Positions 35,633 through 44,808 of a DNA stretch of 60,941 nucleotides are shown piece by piece. Position 1 is the first letter of the stretch. Each line of letters starts with the position of its first letter. Under the pieces are notes generated by a model. It was given only the letters and a program-made list of their open reading frames with translations. It did no database searches and was not told the DNA's origin. The stretch comes from Pseudomonadota bacterium. Lineage in GTDB: Bacteria > Myxococcota > JACRCW01 > JAFGSX01. The position numbers and the translations under genes are program-made. The stretch is from the NCBI GenBank assembly GCA_043821645.1, contig JBDRCO010000020.1, positions 1 to 60,941 on the forward strand, given 5' to 3'.

Positions 35633-36847
35633 ATGACCTCGAGTGGCCCCCTGCTCACGCTCAGCCGCTTTGTCCGCCTGTACCAGGACGGCGAGCGCAC
35701 CTACGTCGAGGCGGTGCTCGGCGAGCGCTCGCTGGCGCTGGAGCCCACCCTGGAGACGATGCTGCGCGCGCTGGCGTCGGCACCGCTGCCCGTGGGCGAG
35801 CTCCTCGCGCGCGTGTCCGGGGCGGGCACGGGCAACCAGGGCCTGGCCATGGCTCAGCTGTCGGCGATGATGGACCTGGGCCTAGCCATACCCAGTGACG
35901 ACGAGGATAGGGCGCGTTACCAAAGGGCTCTGACGGACCCCGCCCCCTTCCCCGTGATCGATCAGGTCGAGGTCACCAACCACTGCCCCATGACCTGCGT
36001 GATGTGCAGTCGCGGCTGCGCGCCCACGCGTCGCCCGCTGGGTTTCATGGACCCGGCGCTGTTCGCCGAGCTGGTCACGCAGATCGCCGACGCCCAGCGC
36101 GGGACCAAGCCGCTGACCTTGCACAACGCCGGGGAGCCCCTGCTGCACCGCGCGCTCGAACAGCTGGTCCGCGTCGCCGCTCAGGCCAGGCTGAGGCCGG
36201 AGCTCAGCACCAATCCCGCCCACCTGACCCTGGATCGCTACCTGGCGCTGCGCGATGCCGGACTGGCTCGTGTCGTGCTTTCCCTCGATGGCATGAGCGC
36301 ACGCACCCTGCACGCGATCCGGGGTCCGGCCGCGCGCTTCGAACGCGCCATGGCCAACATCGACGCCATCCTGGCGTACCGGGCGAGCCACCAGGAACGC
36401 GAGCCCGTGCTGGTGCTGCAGATGTTGCGCCTCGACCTCAACCGCGACGAGCACCTGCCTTTCATCGAGCGCTTCGGCGGCCTGCACGACGTGGGCGCCA
36501 TCGCCTACCTCAAGGATCTCGACGCCGGCACGGATCCCGCCCTCGCCCCCGATGCGGCCCTGGCGCCACCGTTCTTCTGCCGCGCACCCTGGCGCAGCCT
36601 GGTCGTGCTGTGGGATGGCCGCGTGGTTCCCTGCTGCTATGACCCCGAAGGGCTGGCCGTGGTGGGTGATCTGCGCCGGCAATCCATGTCGGAGATCTGG
36701 CGCGGATCCGTCCTCGACGAGCTCCGGGCGCGACTCCAGGAGGGCGATCCGGATCCACAGGGGCCCTGCGTGCACTGTGTGCACCGGCCCGACCGATTCC
36801 AGAGGCCTTCCCTCGACGTCGTCCCCTTCGAACCCCTGCACTGGTAG
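35633..36847 (+). CDS. radical SAM/SPASM(twitch) protein with RRE-like N-terminus
   Basis: CPMTCVMC; GEPLLH; CRAPW...WDGRVVPCCYD...PCVHC; N-terminus ending MMDLGLA. Confidence 0.92.
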   Translation: MTSSGPLLTLSRFVRLYQDGERTYVEAVLGERSLALEPTLETMLRALASAPLPVGELLARVSGAGTGNQGLAMAQLSAMMDLGLAIPSDDEDRARYQRALTDPAPFPVIDQVEVTNHCPMTCVMCSRGCAPTRRPLGFMDPALFAELVTQIADAQRGTKPLTLHNAGEPLLHRALEQLVRVAAQARLRPELSTNPAHLTLDRYLALRDAGLARVVLSLDGMSARTLHAIRGPAARFERAMANIDAILAYRASHQEREPVLVLQMLRLDLNRDEHLPFIERFGGLHDVGAIAYLKDLDAGTDPALAPDAALAPPFFCRAPWRSLVVLWDGRVVPCCYDPEGLAVVGDLRRQSMSEIWRGSVLDELRARLQEGDPDPQGPCVHCVHRPDRFQRPSLDVVPFEPLHW

Positions 36848-37001
36848 CGCCTGGCATCGCCGCCAGGACCTCGTGAACTCCGCCGTGTCAGGCACAGCTC
36901 ACCCCGCTTTTTGGCGGGCCCCTGCGATTGCCGATATATTGGTTGGCAGTGGCGCCCGGGTGGTGATCCCACCTGTGGCCGCCGCAGACGAGGGGTCTGT
37001 C

Positions 37002-38297
37002 GTGGTAGAGCAGCTTCCGGTTCTTGAGCTCGCAGTGGTCGCGTGCTGTGTCGTGTTATCCGCCTTCTTCTCAGCCAGCGAGACCGCCCTGACCGCTCTG
37101 AGCGAGCGCGAGGCACGCCAGCTCATCGAGTCGGGCAAGGGGCGCTACCAGTCGCTCAAGCTGTGGGTCGAGTTCCCCAATCGCATCCTCACCACCATCC
37201 TCATCGGCAACAACATCGTCAACATCCTGGCCGCAGCGCTGGCCACGGTGATCGCGCAGCAGCTGGTCAGCAGCCAGGTGGTGGCGGTGGCCACGGGCGT
37301 GATGACCCTCATCATCCTGGTATTCGGCGAGATCACGCCCAAGACCTTCGCCAAGCACAACTACAAGCGCTTCGCCCCGGTGGCCATCGTGCCATTGCGG
37401 CTGATGTACTTTGCGGTGTTCCCGGTCACCGTGGCCCTGGTCAAGCTGAGCAAGGTGCTGGTGCGCCTCATCGGCGGCGAGGTCCGTCGATCAGGCCCCT
37501 TCATCACAGAGGAGGACATCACCTACCTCATCGGCCTCGGCCATCGCGAGGGCGTGATCGAGAAGGACGAGGAGCAGCTGCTGCACTCGGTGTTCGAGTT
37601 CGCGGACACCTCGGTGCGGGAGATCATGATCCCGCGCACCGAGATGCTGGCCGTCGAGGTGAGCATGGATCGCGACGAGCTGCACAGGCTGGTGGCAGAG
37701 GCCGGCCACTCGCGCATCCCGGTGTACCAGGACACTCCCGACAACATCGTGGGTGTGTTCTACGCCAAGGACCTGCTCAAGATTCCGGGCCAGGCCGACA
37801 AGCCCTTCAAGCTCTCGGCCAACATGCGCAAGACCTACTTCGTGCCCGAGGTGATGAGCATCGCGGACCTGCTCAAGGAGTTCCAGCGCCGCAAGACCCA
37901 CCTCGCGGTGGTCGTCGACGAGTACGGCGGCACCGCGGGCATCGTCACCCTCGAGGACATCCTCGAGGAGATCGTGGGCGAGATCCAGGACGAGTACGAT
38001 GTCGACGAGGCGCAGTTCAAGGTGCTGCCCGGCGGCAAGATGGTGGCCGACGGCCGCATCTCGGTCTACGACCTGGGCGAGAAGCTGGGCGTGGAGTTCC
38101 CCGAGAGCGACCTGTACGAGACCCTGGGTGGCTTCTTGACCGTGCGCGCCGGCCGCTTGCCCCAGACCGGAACCCGGGTGCACTGGAACGGCTACGATTT
38201 CGTGATCAAGGAAGCGGACGAGCGCCGCATCCGCCGCGTCGAGATCGAGAAGCTGTACGACCCCGAGCATCCTGCCACTGAGCTGGTGGCGAGTTAG
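37002..38297 (+). CDS. HlyC/CorC (CNNM) family transporter, DUF21-CBS-CorC
   Basis: SAFFSASETAL, LIGNNIVN, FGEITPK, HSRIPV, VVDEYGGTAGIVTLEDILEEIVGEIQDEYD. Confidence 0.95.
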   Translation: MVEQLPVLELAVVACCVVLSAFFSASETALTALSEREARQLIESGKGRYQSLKLWVEFPNRILTTILIGNNIVNILAAALATVIAQQLVSSQVVAVATGVMTLIILVFGEITPKTFAKHNYKRFAPVAIVPLRLMYFAVFPVTVALVKLSKVLVRLIGGEVRRSGPFITEEDITYLIGLGHREGVIEKDEEQLLHSVFEFADTSVREIMIPRTEMLAVEVSMDRDELHRLVAEAGHSRIPVYQDTPDNIVGVFYAKDLLKIPGQADKPFKLSANMRKTYFVPEVMSIADLLKEFQRRKTHLAVVVDEYGGTAGIVTLEDILEEIVGEIQDEYDVDEAQFKVLPGGKMVADGRISVYDLGEKLGVEFPESDLYETLGGFLTVRAGRLPQTGTRVHWNGYDFVIKEADERRIRRVEIEKLYDPEHPATELVAS

Positions 38298-39883
38298 CGA
38301 CGGGGCGGGCTCTCCTCGTCAAACACATCCGCCGTGAACACCTGGAAACGCGCACCCTCGCGCCACGCGTCGCCTGCTAGCCCCGCTTTCTTGGACAGCT
38401 GGGTCAGGGTTTGCTCGAGGGTCCAGCCCCACTCCGGCGCCACTTGAGGCAGGAACACAGCACGCCGGCCGTCTTTGGCGACGGTCATTCCGTGCAGGCC
38501 CAGGACAATGTCGCGCCAGGAATTGACGTCCTGCATGGGCGACAGGATGGAGATCTCGAACAAGACCTCGTCGAGCTCGGCCGCGCTCATGGGCGGAAAG
38601 CGCGGGTCCTGGGTGCCGGACTGGATGGCCAGGGCCGCGATCTCGTCGAGCAAGGGTCCCTGCCCCATCATGTGGCCGATGCAACCCCTCAGCTCGGCGT
38701 GATCCGCACCAGGTTGCTTCTTCTTGTTGATGGTGACGAAGGCGCCGCGCACCCAGCGCAGCTTCGCACTCGGCGACAGCGATGCGCGCAGCGTCTCGAG
38801 AGTGGAGCTGCCGCGCAGGTGATCGGTGAGCGAGGCGCGTGCCACCTGGATCAGGAGCTTCTTGTCGGTCTCGTCGAGACCGCTGGGCGCAGGTTGAAAC
38901 CGGGGCGCCGGTGGCCTGACCGGAGCTTCGACAGCAGGCCCAGCGCTGGCCACGTAGGCGATGGACTGGTAGCTGACGCTCGACGAGAAATCGCCGGTCT
39001 GTCGGCCCGAGGTGTCGTACTTGAGCAGCTGCGGCGTAGCCTGGGGCTGCAGCTCCATGAGCACGGTGATCGGGTCGTGGCCACATATCGTGTCGTGGGT
39101 CTTTTGCAGGTGCAGGGCAAACCTGGCGGGGTCTCCGCTGCGAATGGCCTCGAAGGCCGGCATGGCCAGCTCGTCCTTGAGCCTGCGCTCAACCTCGTCA
39201 CGAAACGGGAAGTAGTCGAAGTTGGCACCGTAGTGGGTGAAGTCCGACGACGCCACGACCAGGGTCTGGGCGTTGACCAGGGGCTGCAGCGCCCGCGCCA
39301 GGGACTGCAGCTGATCGCCGGTGGAGCCAGCACCAATCATCACCGGCACGATGGCGAAGCCCGGGGCCAGCACCTTTTGCAAAAACGGGATCTGCATCTC
39401 CAGCGAGTGCTCCCGCTGCCAGGCCTGGGTTTCGTCGCGGTGCCACACGTGCTGGCGCAAGATGCGCGTCGCCGCGGCGTCGATGGCCACGTCTCCCAGG
39501 GGGGTGTGGTAGTGCGTGGCGTCGAGCACGCTGAAGCCCGCGAAGCCGGAGGTATGGCTGGGACCGAGCACGATCACACGCGTCACGCTCCGGCCCTGCA
39601 GCAACTTGTAGCCGTGGGCGGCGGTCGCTCCGGACCAGGTATAGCCCGCGTGCGGCGAGATCAGGGCCACCACCTGCCCGGCCGGAACCTCGGGCTTCGC
39701 GGCGTCGAGGAAGCCCTGCAGCATGCCGTCGAGGTCGTCGCGCGTGCCCGGGTACCAGCTCCCCGCCTTGACCGCGTTGAACACCCGGCGCGGAGCCTGC
39801 ACGGGATCCGGAGCTGCGCGCGTCGGGCACGCCGTGACCAGCCCCACCAGCACCGCGACCTGCATGCCTGCGCGGACCTTCAT
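38294..39883 (-). CDS. amrB: AmmeMemoRadiSam system protein B-A fusion (Memo + AMMECR1) with lipoprotein-like signal
   Basis: Memo motifs AGSWYP, PHAGY, LGPSH, EHSLE, SSDFTHYG, TICG; AMMECR1 motifs GAFVT, LRGCIG, DPRFPP, FLPQVA; N-terminal GLVTAC; GGAGG RBS. Confidence 0.92.
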   Translation of the reverse strand: MKVRAGMQVAVLVGLVTACPTRAAPDPVQAPRRVFNAVKAGSWYPGTRDDLDGMLQGFLDAAKPEVPAGQVVALISPHAGYTWSGATAAHGYKLLQGRSVTRVIVLGPSHTSGFAGFSVLDATHYHTPLGDVAIDAAATRILRQHVWHRDETQAWQREHSLEMQIPFLQKVLAPGFAIVPVMIGAGSTGDQLQSLARALQPLVNAQTLVVASSDFTHYGANFDYFPFRDEVERRLKDELAMPAFEAIRSGDPARFALHLQKTHDTICGHDPITVLMELQPQATPQLLKYDTSGRQTGDFSSSVSYQSIAYVASAGPAVEAPVRPPAPRFQPAPSGLDETDKKLLIQVARASLTDHLRGSSTLETLRASLSPSAKLRWVRGAFVTINKKKQPGADHAELRGCIGHMMGQGPLLDEIAALAIQSGTQDPRFPPMSAAELDEVLFEISILSPMQDVNSWRDIVLGLHGMTVAKDGRRAVFLPQVAPEWGWTLEQTLTQLSKKAGLAGDAWREGARFQVFTADVFDEESPPRR

Positions 39884-39962
39884 GACCACCTCCACGGAGT
39901 TGCTCTTGTACCACCGTCGCCCGCCGCCAGCCACGCTGTGGACGCCGGCGGCCCTCCCGGTC

Positions 39963-42149
39963 ATGATGAAGCCACGCATGCGCCGCGCCCTGCCATACCT
40001 GGTCGTCTGCCTCGCGGTGTTGCTGTTCTTCGCCGATGTGGTTGTGGGCTCGGCGAGCTTCTTCTTTCGCGACCTGCTCGCCTTTCACCTGCCCTTTCAC
40101 CACCTGGTGGCACAGGCCCTGCGCCTAGGCGAACTGCCGCTGTGGAACCCGGCCCTGCACCTCGGGATGCCCCTGGCGGGTGACGCCTCGGCCATGCCCT
40201 GGTACCTGCCAGGCTGGGTCCTCTCGGCCCTCGACGACGAGCGCGCCATGGCCTGGTTCGTGGTCGGCCACCTGCTGTGGGCCAGCGCGGGGAGTGCGCA
40301 CCTGGCTCGAGTTCACGGCACGCGTACCGAGGCCGCGATCCTGGCCGGGCTCAGCTATGGCCTCGGCGGCTACCTCCTGGGCGTTCACTGGAACCTGATC
40401 TACCTGGCCTCCTCCGCCTGGTTGCCCTGGGTGGTGGCGACGAGCACAAGCCTGCTGCGCGAGCCCACGGCCAGGCGCTCCGGGCTCGCCGCGCTGTGCT
40501 GGAGCTCCCTGGTCTATGCAGGGGACGCCCAGCTGGCGCTGATGACCGCCGTGGTCCTGCTCACCCAGGTGCTGCTGCTGGCGGCGCCCAAGGAGCGCCT
40601 GCACAGCCTGCGCTGGCTCGTCGTCACGGCGGCATTGGCGGTGGGGCTGGCAGCCCTGCAATGGATACCGACCCTGGTGATGGTGGCGAACGCGCAGCGA
40701 GGCCAGGGCCTGGCCCTCGACGAGGTGCTGCGCTGGTCGCTGTCACCCCAGCGGCTGCTGGACCTCCTGCTCCCACCGGACCTGGGTGTCCGCCTTGCCG
40801 ACGAGGACGCGCTCGACTGGGCCGCATCCCTCTATCCCGGCCTGATCGCGGGAGCACTGGCCCTGGTGGCGCTGCTGCGACCCGTCGACGCCAGCCGGCG
40901 CTTCGTGCTGGTGACGACGCTGCTGTTCACTGTACTGGCCCTGGGTGAGCACACACCCCTGTATCGAGGCCTGCTCGCGCTGCTGCCCACCCTCGAGCTG
41001 TTTCGCTACCCGCACAAGCTCGTGGTGGTCGCCTGCATGGCCTGGTCCCTGGCTGCAGCCCTGGGCCTGGAGACGGTCCTCGACGTGGCACAGCGACGGC
41101 CGCGCTTCCTGGCCGGCGTGCTGGCCAGCCTGGCAGCACTTGGCGGCTGGGTGCTGGCACGTCAGCGTACCGACGTGCTGGCCGTGCATGGAACCCTGGC
41201 AGCCCTTGCGCTGCTGGCCGGGCTCCTGCTCATCGAGCGCCGCCTGCTACGCCCGGCGCAGGCCGGATGGATGCTCGTGGCCTGCGCGCTGGTGGATCTC
41301 GGCCTCGCCCAGCAAGCCCAGCGCATGGTCGGAGATCCCGCGATCTACACCGAGACACCGGCAGCGGTCGCCCAGGTTCGAGCGCTTGGCGGTGGCGATG
41401 CGACACCTCGTGTGCACCTGACCCACGCACTGCTGGTCGCAGCCGAGGGAACGCGGACAGACGGCAGCATGGGCGCCGTGGCCTGGTACGCCAGGGCCGC
41501 GGTCGATGCGGCGCGACTGCTCCCCAACACCGCGGTGGCGCGGGGACTGCACTACGTGCAGGGCTACTCCCCACTGGAGCCGGTGCGACCGGTCGACGGG
41601 CAGAACAACGTCCAGCTGCGGCGACTGCTCGACCTGTGCAGCGTGACCGCGGTGATCACGACCTCGGCACCCCGGCTCGAGCTGGGCGATGTGGTGAGGC
41701 TCGAGGCGCCAGCGCTCAACCTGAGCGTGGTCGAGAACACAGATCGGCTTCCCCGCGCCTACGTTCTCGACGAGGGAGACGCCTCGAACCTGCTCTCGAC
41801 ACCTCGCAGCGACGTGGATCTCCCGGTGCTACGGCCCGTGTCCGGATCACGCGTACACGTGGTGCGCGACTCCATGAACCAGGTCGTGCTGCAGGTTGCG
41901 ACATCGATCGGCGGCTGGCTGGTGCTGGCGGATCGCTACGACCCGGACTGGCAGGCGCGCGTCGACGACAGAGCGGTGGCGATCCATCCGGCACTCGGAC
42001 TGCTCCGCGCGATCCAGATACCCGCAGGAGAGCACCGGGTGGTGTTCCGCTACCGGCCACGAGCTGTGCTGTGGGGTGCGGTGGTCGCGCTCCTGAGCGC
42101 AGTGCTGGGTGTGCTGGTCGTCGCTCGGGAACGTCGCCGCAGGCGCTAG
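39963..42149 (+). CDS. YfhO-family (GT-C fold) membrane protein
   Basis: FFRD, GELPLWNP...GMPL, many TMs, FRYPHK, LPRAY, C-terminal 'LVLADRYDPDWQARVD...RAIQIPAGEHRVVFRYRP'. Confidence 0.85.
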   Translation: MMKPRMRRALPYLVVCLAVLLFFADVVVGSASFFFRDLLAFHLPFHHLVAQALRLGELPLWNPALHLGMPLAGDASAMPWYLPGWVLSALDDERAMAWFVVGHLLWASAGSAHLARVHGTRTEAAILAGLSYGLGGYLLGVHWNLIYLASSAWLPWVVATSTSLLREPTARRSGLAALCWSSLVYAGDAQLALMTAVVLLTQVLLLAAPKERLHSLRWLVVTAALAVGLAALQWIPTLVMVANAQRGQGLALDEVLRWSLSPQRLLDLLLPPDLGVRLADEDALDWAASLYPGLIAGALALVALLRPVDASRRFVLVTTLLFTVLALGEHTPLYRGLLALLPTLELFRYPHKLVVVACMAWSLAAALGLETVLDVAQRRPRFLAGVLASLAALGGWVLARQRTDVLAVHGTLAALALLAGLLLIERRLLRPAQAGWMLVACALVDLGLAQQAQRMVGDPAIYTETPAAVAQVRALGGGDATPRVHLTHALLVAAEGTRTDGSMGAVAWYARAAVDAARLLPNTAVARGLHYVQGYSPLEPVRPVDGQNNVQLRRLLDLCSVTAVITTSAPRLELGDVVRLEAPALNLSVVENTDRLPRAYVLDEGDASNLLSTPRSDVDLPVLRPVSGSRVHVVRDSMNQVVLQVATSIGGWLVLADRYDPDWQARVDDRAVAIHPALGLLRAIQIPAGEHRVVFRYRPRAVLWGAVVALLSAVLGVLVVARERRRRR

Positions 42150-42310
42150 GAGCCTTTTTTAAAAGCGAAGCGACGAAGACCGAAGCGAAAGCGATGAGCG
42201 CGGCGCGTGACGACGAGATGCACGTGCGGTGCATCGCAGGAAAAACGAGCGAGCACGTCGGTCGCAGCGAGAGGATCCGACATCACAGCCGGTGGTTCTT
42301 CGACAGACGC
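42150..42310. mobile_element. 161-bp MITE-like element flanked by CTAG duplication
   Basis: CTAG at 42146-42149 and 42311-42314; right end matches the IS5 terminal sequence 15/20; internal hairpin GATGCAC-5-GTGCATC. Confidence 0.6.
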
Positions 42311-43249
42311 CTAGGCGTCCTGGCTCTCCAGCCAGCGCTCGGCATCGATGGCCGCCATGCACCCGGTGCCGGCCGCGGTGGTGGCCTGACGATACACCTT
42401 GTCCTGGACGTCGCCGCAGGCGAACACACCCTCGACGCTGGTGTAGCTCGTGCCCGGGCGCGTTGTGAGGTAGCCGGTCTCGTCCTGTTCGAGCTGGTCG
42501 CCGAAGATCTCGGTGTTGGGTTTGTGGCCGATGGCAAAGAACACGCCATCGCACGCGATCTCGCGCGTGCTGCCGTCCTGCGTCGACTCCAGCACCGCGC
42601 CGGTCACACCACTGTGGTCGCTGAGGATCTTGCGGATGGTCTGCGACAGGGCGAACTCGACCTTGGGGTTCTTGCGCGCGCGCTCGATCATGATCTTCGA
42701 GGCCCGCAGCTCGTCACGACGGTGCACGACGGTCACCTTGCGCGCGAAGCGGGTCAAGAAGGTCGCCTCCTCCATGGCCGTGTCCCCGCCACCCACCACC
42801 AGCACGTGCTGGTCGCGGAAGAAGGCACCATCGCAGGTGGCACAGGCGCTGACGCCGCGACCCATGAGCGTGCTCACCTCGGGCAGCGGCAGCAACTTGG
42901 CCGTGGCCCCGGTGGCGATGATGAGAGCGCGCGTGCGGTAGGTCGCACTGCCGGTCTTGACCACGAAGGGTCTCTGCGTCAGATCGACCTCGGTGACGTC
43001 GTCGGTCACGAACTCGGTGCCGAAGCGCGCCGCCTGTTCGTGCAGACGCTCCATCAACTCGGGTCCCAGCACCCCTTCGGGAAAGCCCGGAAAATTCTCG
43101 ACCTCGTTGGTGATCATGAGCTGGCCACCGGGCTGGCTGCCCTCGATGAGCAAGGGTTTGAGGTTGGCGCGCGCGGTGTAGATGGCCGCGGTGTCGCCGC
43201 CGGGTCCGGAGCCGATGATGATCACATCTCGAATGTCCTTGCCGTCCAT
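42311..43249 (-). CDS. trxB: thioredoxin-disulfide reductase
   Basis: [12 protein letters not shown]...[34 protein letters not shown]...YRQA. Confidence 0.97.
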   Translation of the reverse strand: MDGKDIRDVIIIGSGPGGDTAAIYTARANLKPLLIEGSQPGGQLMITNEVENFPGFPEGVLGPELMERLHEQAARFGTEFVTDDVTEVDLTQRPFVVKTGSATYRTRALIIATGATAKLLPLPEVSTLMGRGVSACATCDGAFFRDQHVLVVGGGDTAMEEATFLTRFARKVTVVHRRDELRASKIMIERARKNPKVEFALSQTIRKILSDHSGVTGAVLESTQDGSTREIACDGVFFAIGHKPNTEIFGDQLEQDETGYLTTRPGTSYTSVEGVFACGDVQDKVYRQATTAAGTGCMAAIDAERWLESQDA

Positions 43250-43318
43250 GATTCGCCTCCGCGCTCCGCCGTGTTTCTCCCAAGATGCTTGATGCCGTGT
43301 CGTGGCTCGCCGTGCTGC

Positions 43319-44698
43319 TTACTTTTTCTTGGCCCTGGCCTGCATGCGTGCGCGGAGCTTGGCGGCCACACCCGGTTTGTTCTCCTGGCGGGCGCGACCG
43401 AAGGCCAGCGCATCTGCGGGCACATCCTGCGACAGGGTGGAACCCGCGGCAACATAGGCGCCATCTTCCAGCTTGATGGGAGCCACCAGCGTGGCATTGG
43501 ATCCAACAAAAACCCCGGCACCGATGTCGGTGTGGTTCTTGCCCACACCATCGTAGTTGCAGGTGATGGTGCCGGCCCCGATGTTGGCCTTGCGACCAAC
43601 CCGCGCGTCGCCCAGGTAGGCCAGATGGTTGGCCTTGGCGCCGGCCTCGACCACGGTCTTCTTGACCTCGACGAAGTTGCCGATGTGCGCGCCCTCGCCG
43701 ATGTCGGCCAGGGGTCGCAGCCGCGCATAGGGGCCCACGATGGCAGCCTCGCGCACGGTGGCCCCCTCGAGGTGACAGAACGATCGGATGTGAGCACTCG
43801 CGGCGATGCTGCTGTCGATCACGACGCTGCTGGAATCGACACGCGCGCCACGCTGGACCCGGGTACGGCCGAGCAGCTGCACATTGGCCCCGAGCTGCAC
43901 GTCCGGCTCCAGCACCACCTCGGGCTCGACCAGCGTGCTCGTGGGGTCCTCGAAACCGACCCCGGCCAGCATGTGCTGCTGGTTGATCCGTGCCCGCAGC
44001 AGGCGCGAGGCAAAGGCCAGGGACATCCTGTCCTCGACGTGCAGGGCGTGGCTGACTGGCACCGCATAGCCGCAGACCCGCTGCGGCGTCGAGCTTGCCA
44101 GGACCTGGCCGAGCGGGCTGCGCGAACTCCGCGCTGTGGCCAGCCGGGTGAGCACAGAGCGTTGCGCCAACCACAGGCCGGCATCGCTGTCGACCGCACG
44201 CGGCTCCCCCTGGCGTAGCTTTGTCACGGCGGTGACCTGCTCTCCGTCGCGCTCGACGGCCTCGACGCCGGACTCCGCCAGGACTGGGCTCAGCAGCATC
44301 GCCACCGCGGCCTGACATCGACGACGCAGGGCGCGAAGCGCCTGTATCTGCTCGAGGACCCCCAGGGGCATGTCCCCGTGAAGCAGGAGCACCTCGTCGA
44401 CACCAGGCCCCATCACCTGCAGACCTGCACCGACGCTGCGAGCGAAGCTGGCGCTCGTGGTCACGACCACCTGGGCCAGTCCCTGAAGGGCGTGGGCCAG
44501 GACCTCGCGGTGCCGGGCCGTCACCACCACCACCACCGGCTCACAGCCGGCGGCCTGCGCCAGCTCGATCGCCCAGCGGATCAGCGGCCGCCCGAGCAGC
44601 GGATGCAACCAGCGCGGCGTGCTGCTCTTGAACCCAGGGTCCGCGTCGCAGGCCAGGATCAAGGACGCGCACGAGCTCGATCGAGATTTCCTTGGCAT
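43319..44698 (-). CDS. glmU: GlmU-like protein: intact acetyltransferase domain, degenerate uridyltransferase domain
   Basis: C-terminal GPYARLRP, IGNFVEVK, KANHLAYLGD, GAGTITCNYDG; N-terminal LAAGxGTRM motif replaced by LACDADPGF. Confidence 0.85.
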   Translation of the reverse strand: MPRKSRSSSCASLILACDADPGFKSSTPRWLHPLLGRPLIRWAIELAQAAGCEPVVVVVTARHREVLAHALQGLAQVVVTTSASFARSVGAGLQVMGPGVDEVLLLHGDMPLGVLEQIQALRALRRRCQAAVAMLLSPVLAESGVEAVERDGEQVTAVTKLRQGEPRAVDSDAGLWLAQRSVLTRLATARSSRSPLGQVLASSTPQRVCGYAVPVSHALHVEDRMSLAFASRLLRARINQQHMLAGVGFEDPTSTLVEPEVVLEPDVQLGANVQLLGRTRVQRGARVDSSSVVIDSSIAASAHIRSFCHLEGATVREAAIVGPYARLRPLADIGEGAHIGNFVEVKKTVVEAGAKANHLAYLGDARVGRKANIGAGTITCNYDGVGKNHTDIGAGVFVGSNATLVAPIKLEDGAYVAAGSTLSQDVPADALAFGRARQENKPGVAAKLRARMQARAKKK

Positions 44699-44808
44699 GC
44701 CGCTGGCGTAGCGACTCTCCAGGGCGCCGTCAAGCCTGGACGCTCGGGCGCAGGAAGTGCGTGCCCACCGGGGGGCCTCACCGGTACAATCGAAACAGGG
44801 AAGCATTC

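Noticed and set aside
41267-44218. Very long alternative-frame ORFs (e.g. 983 aa here, 52487-55042, 46687-48660, 54562-56664)
   Set aside because: Antisense or off-frame shadows of clear genes, typical of high-GC DNA; no motifs.
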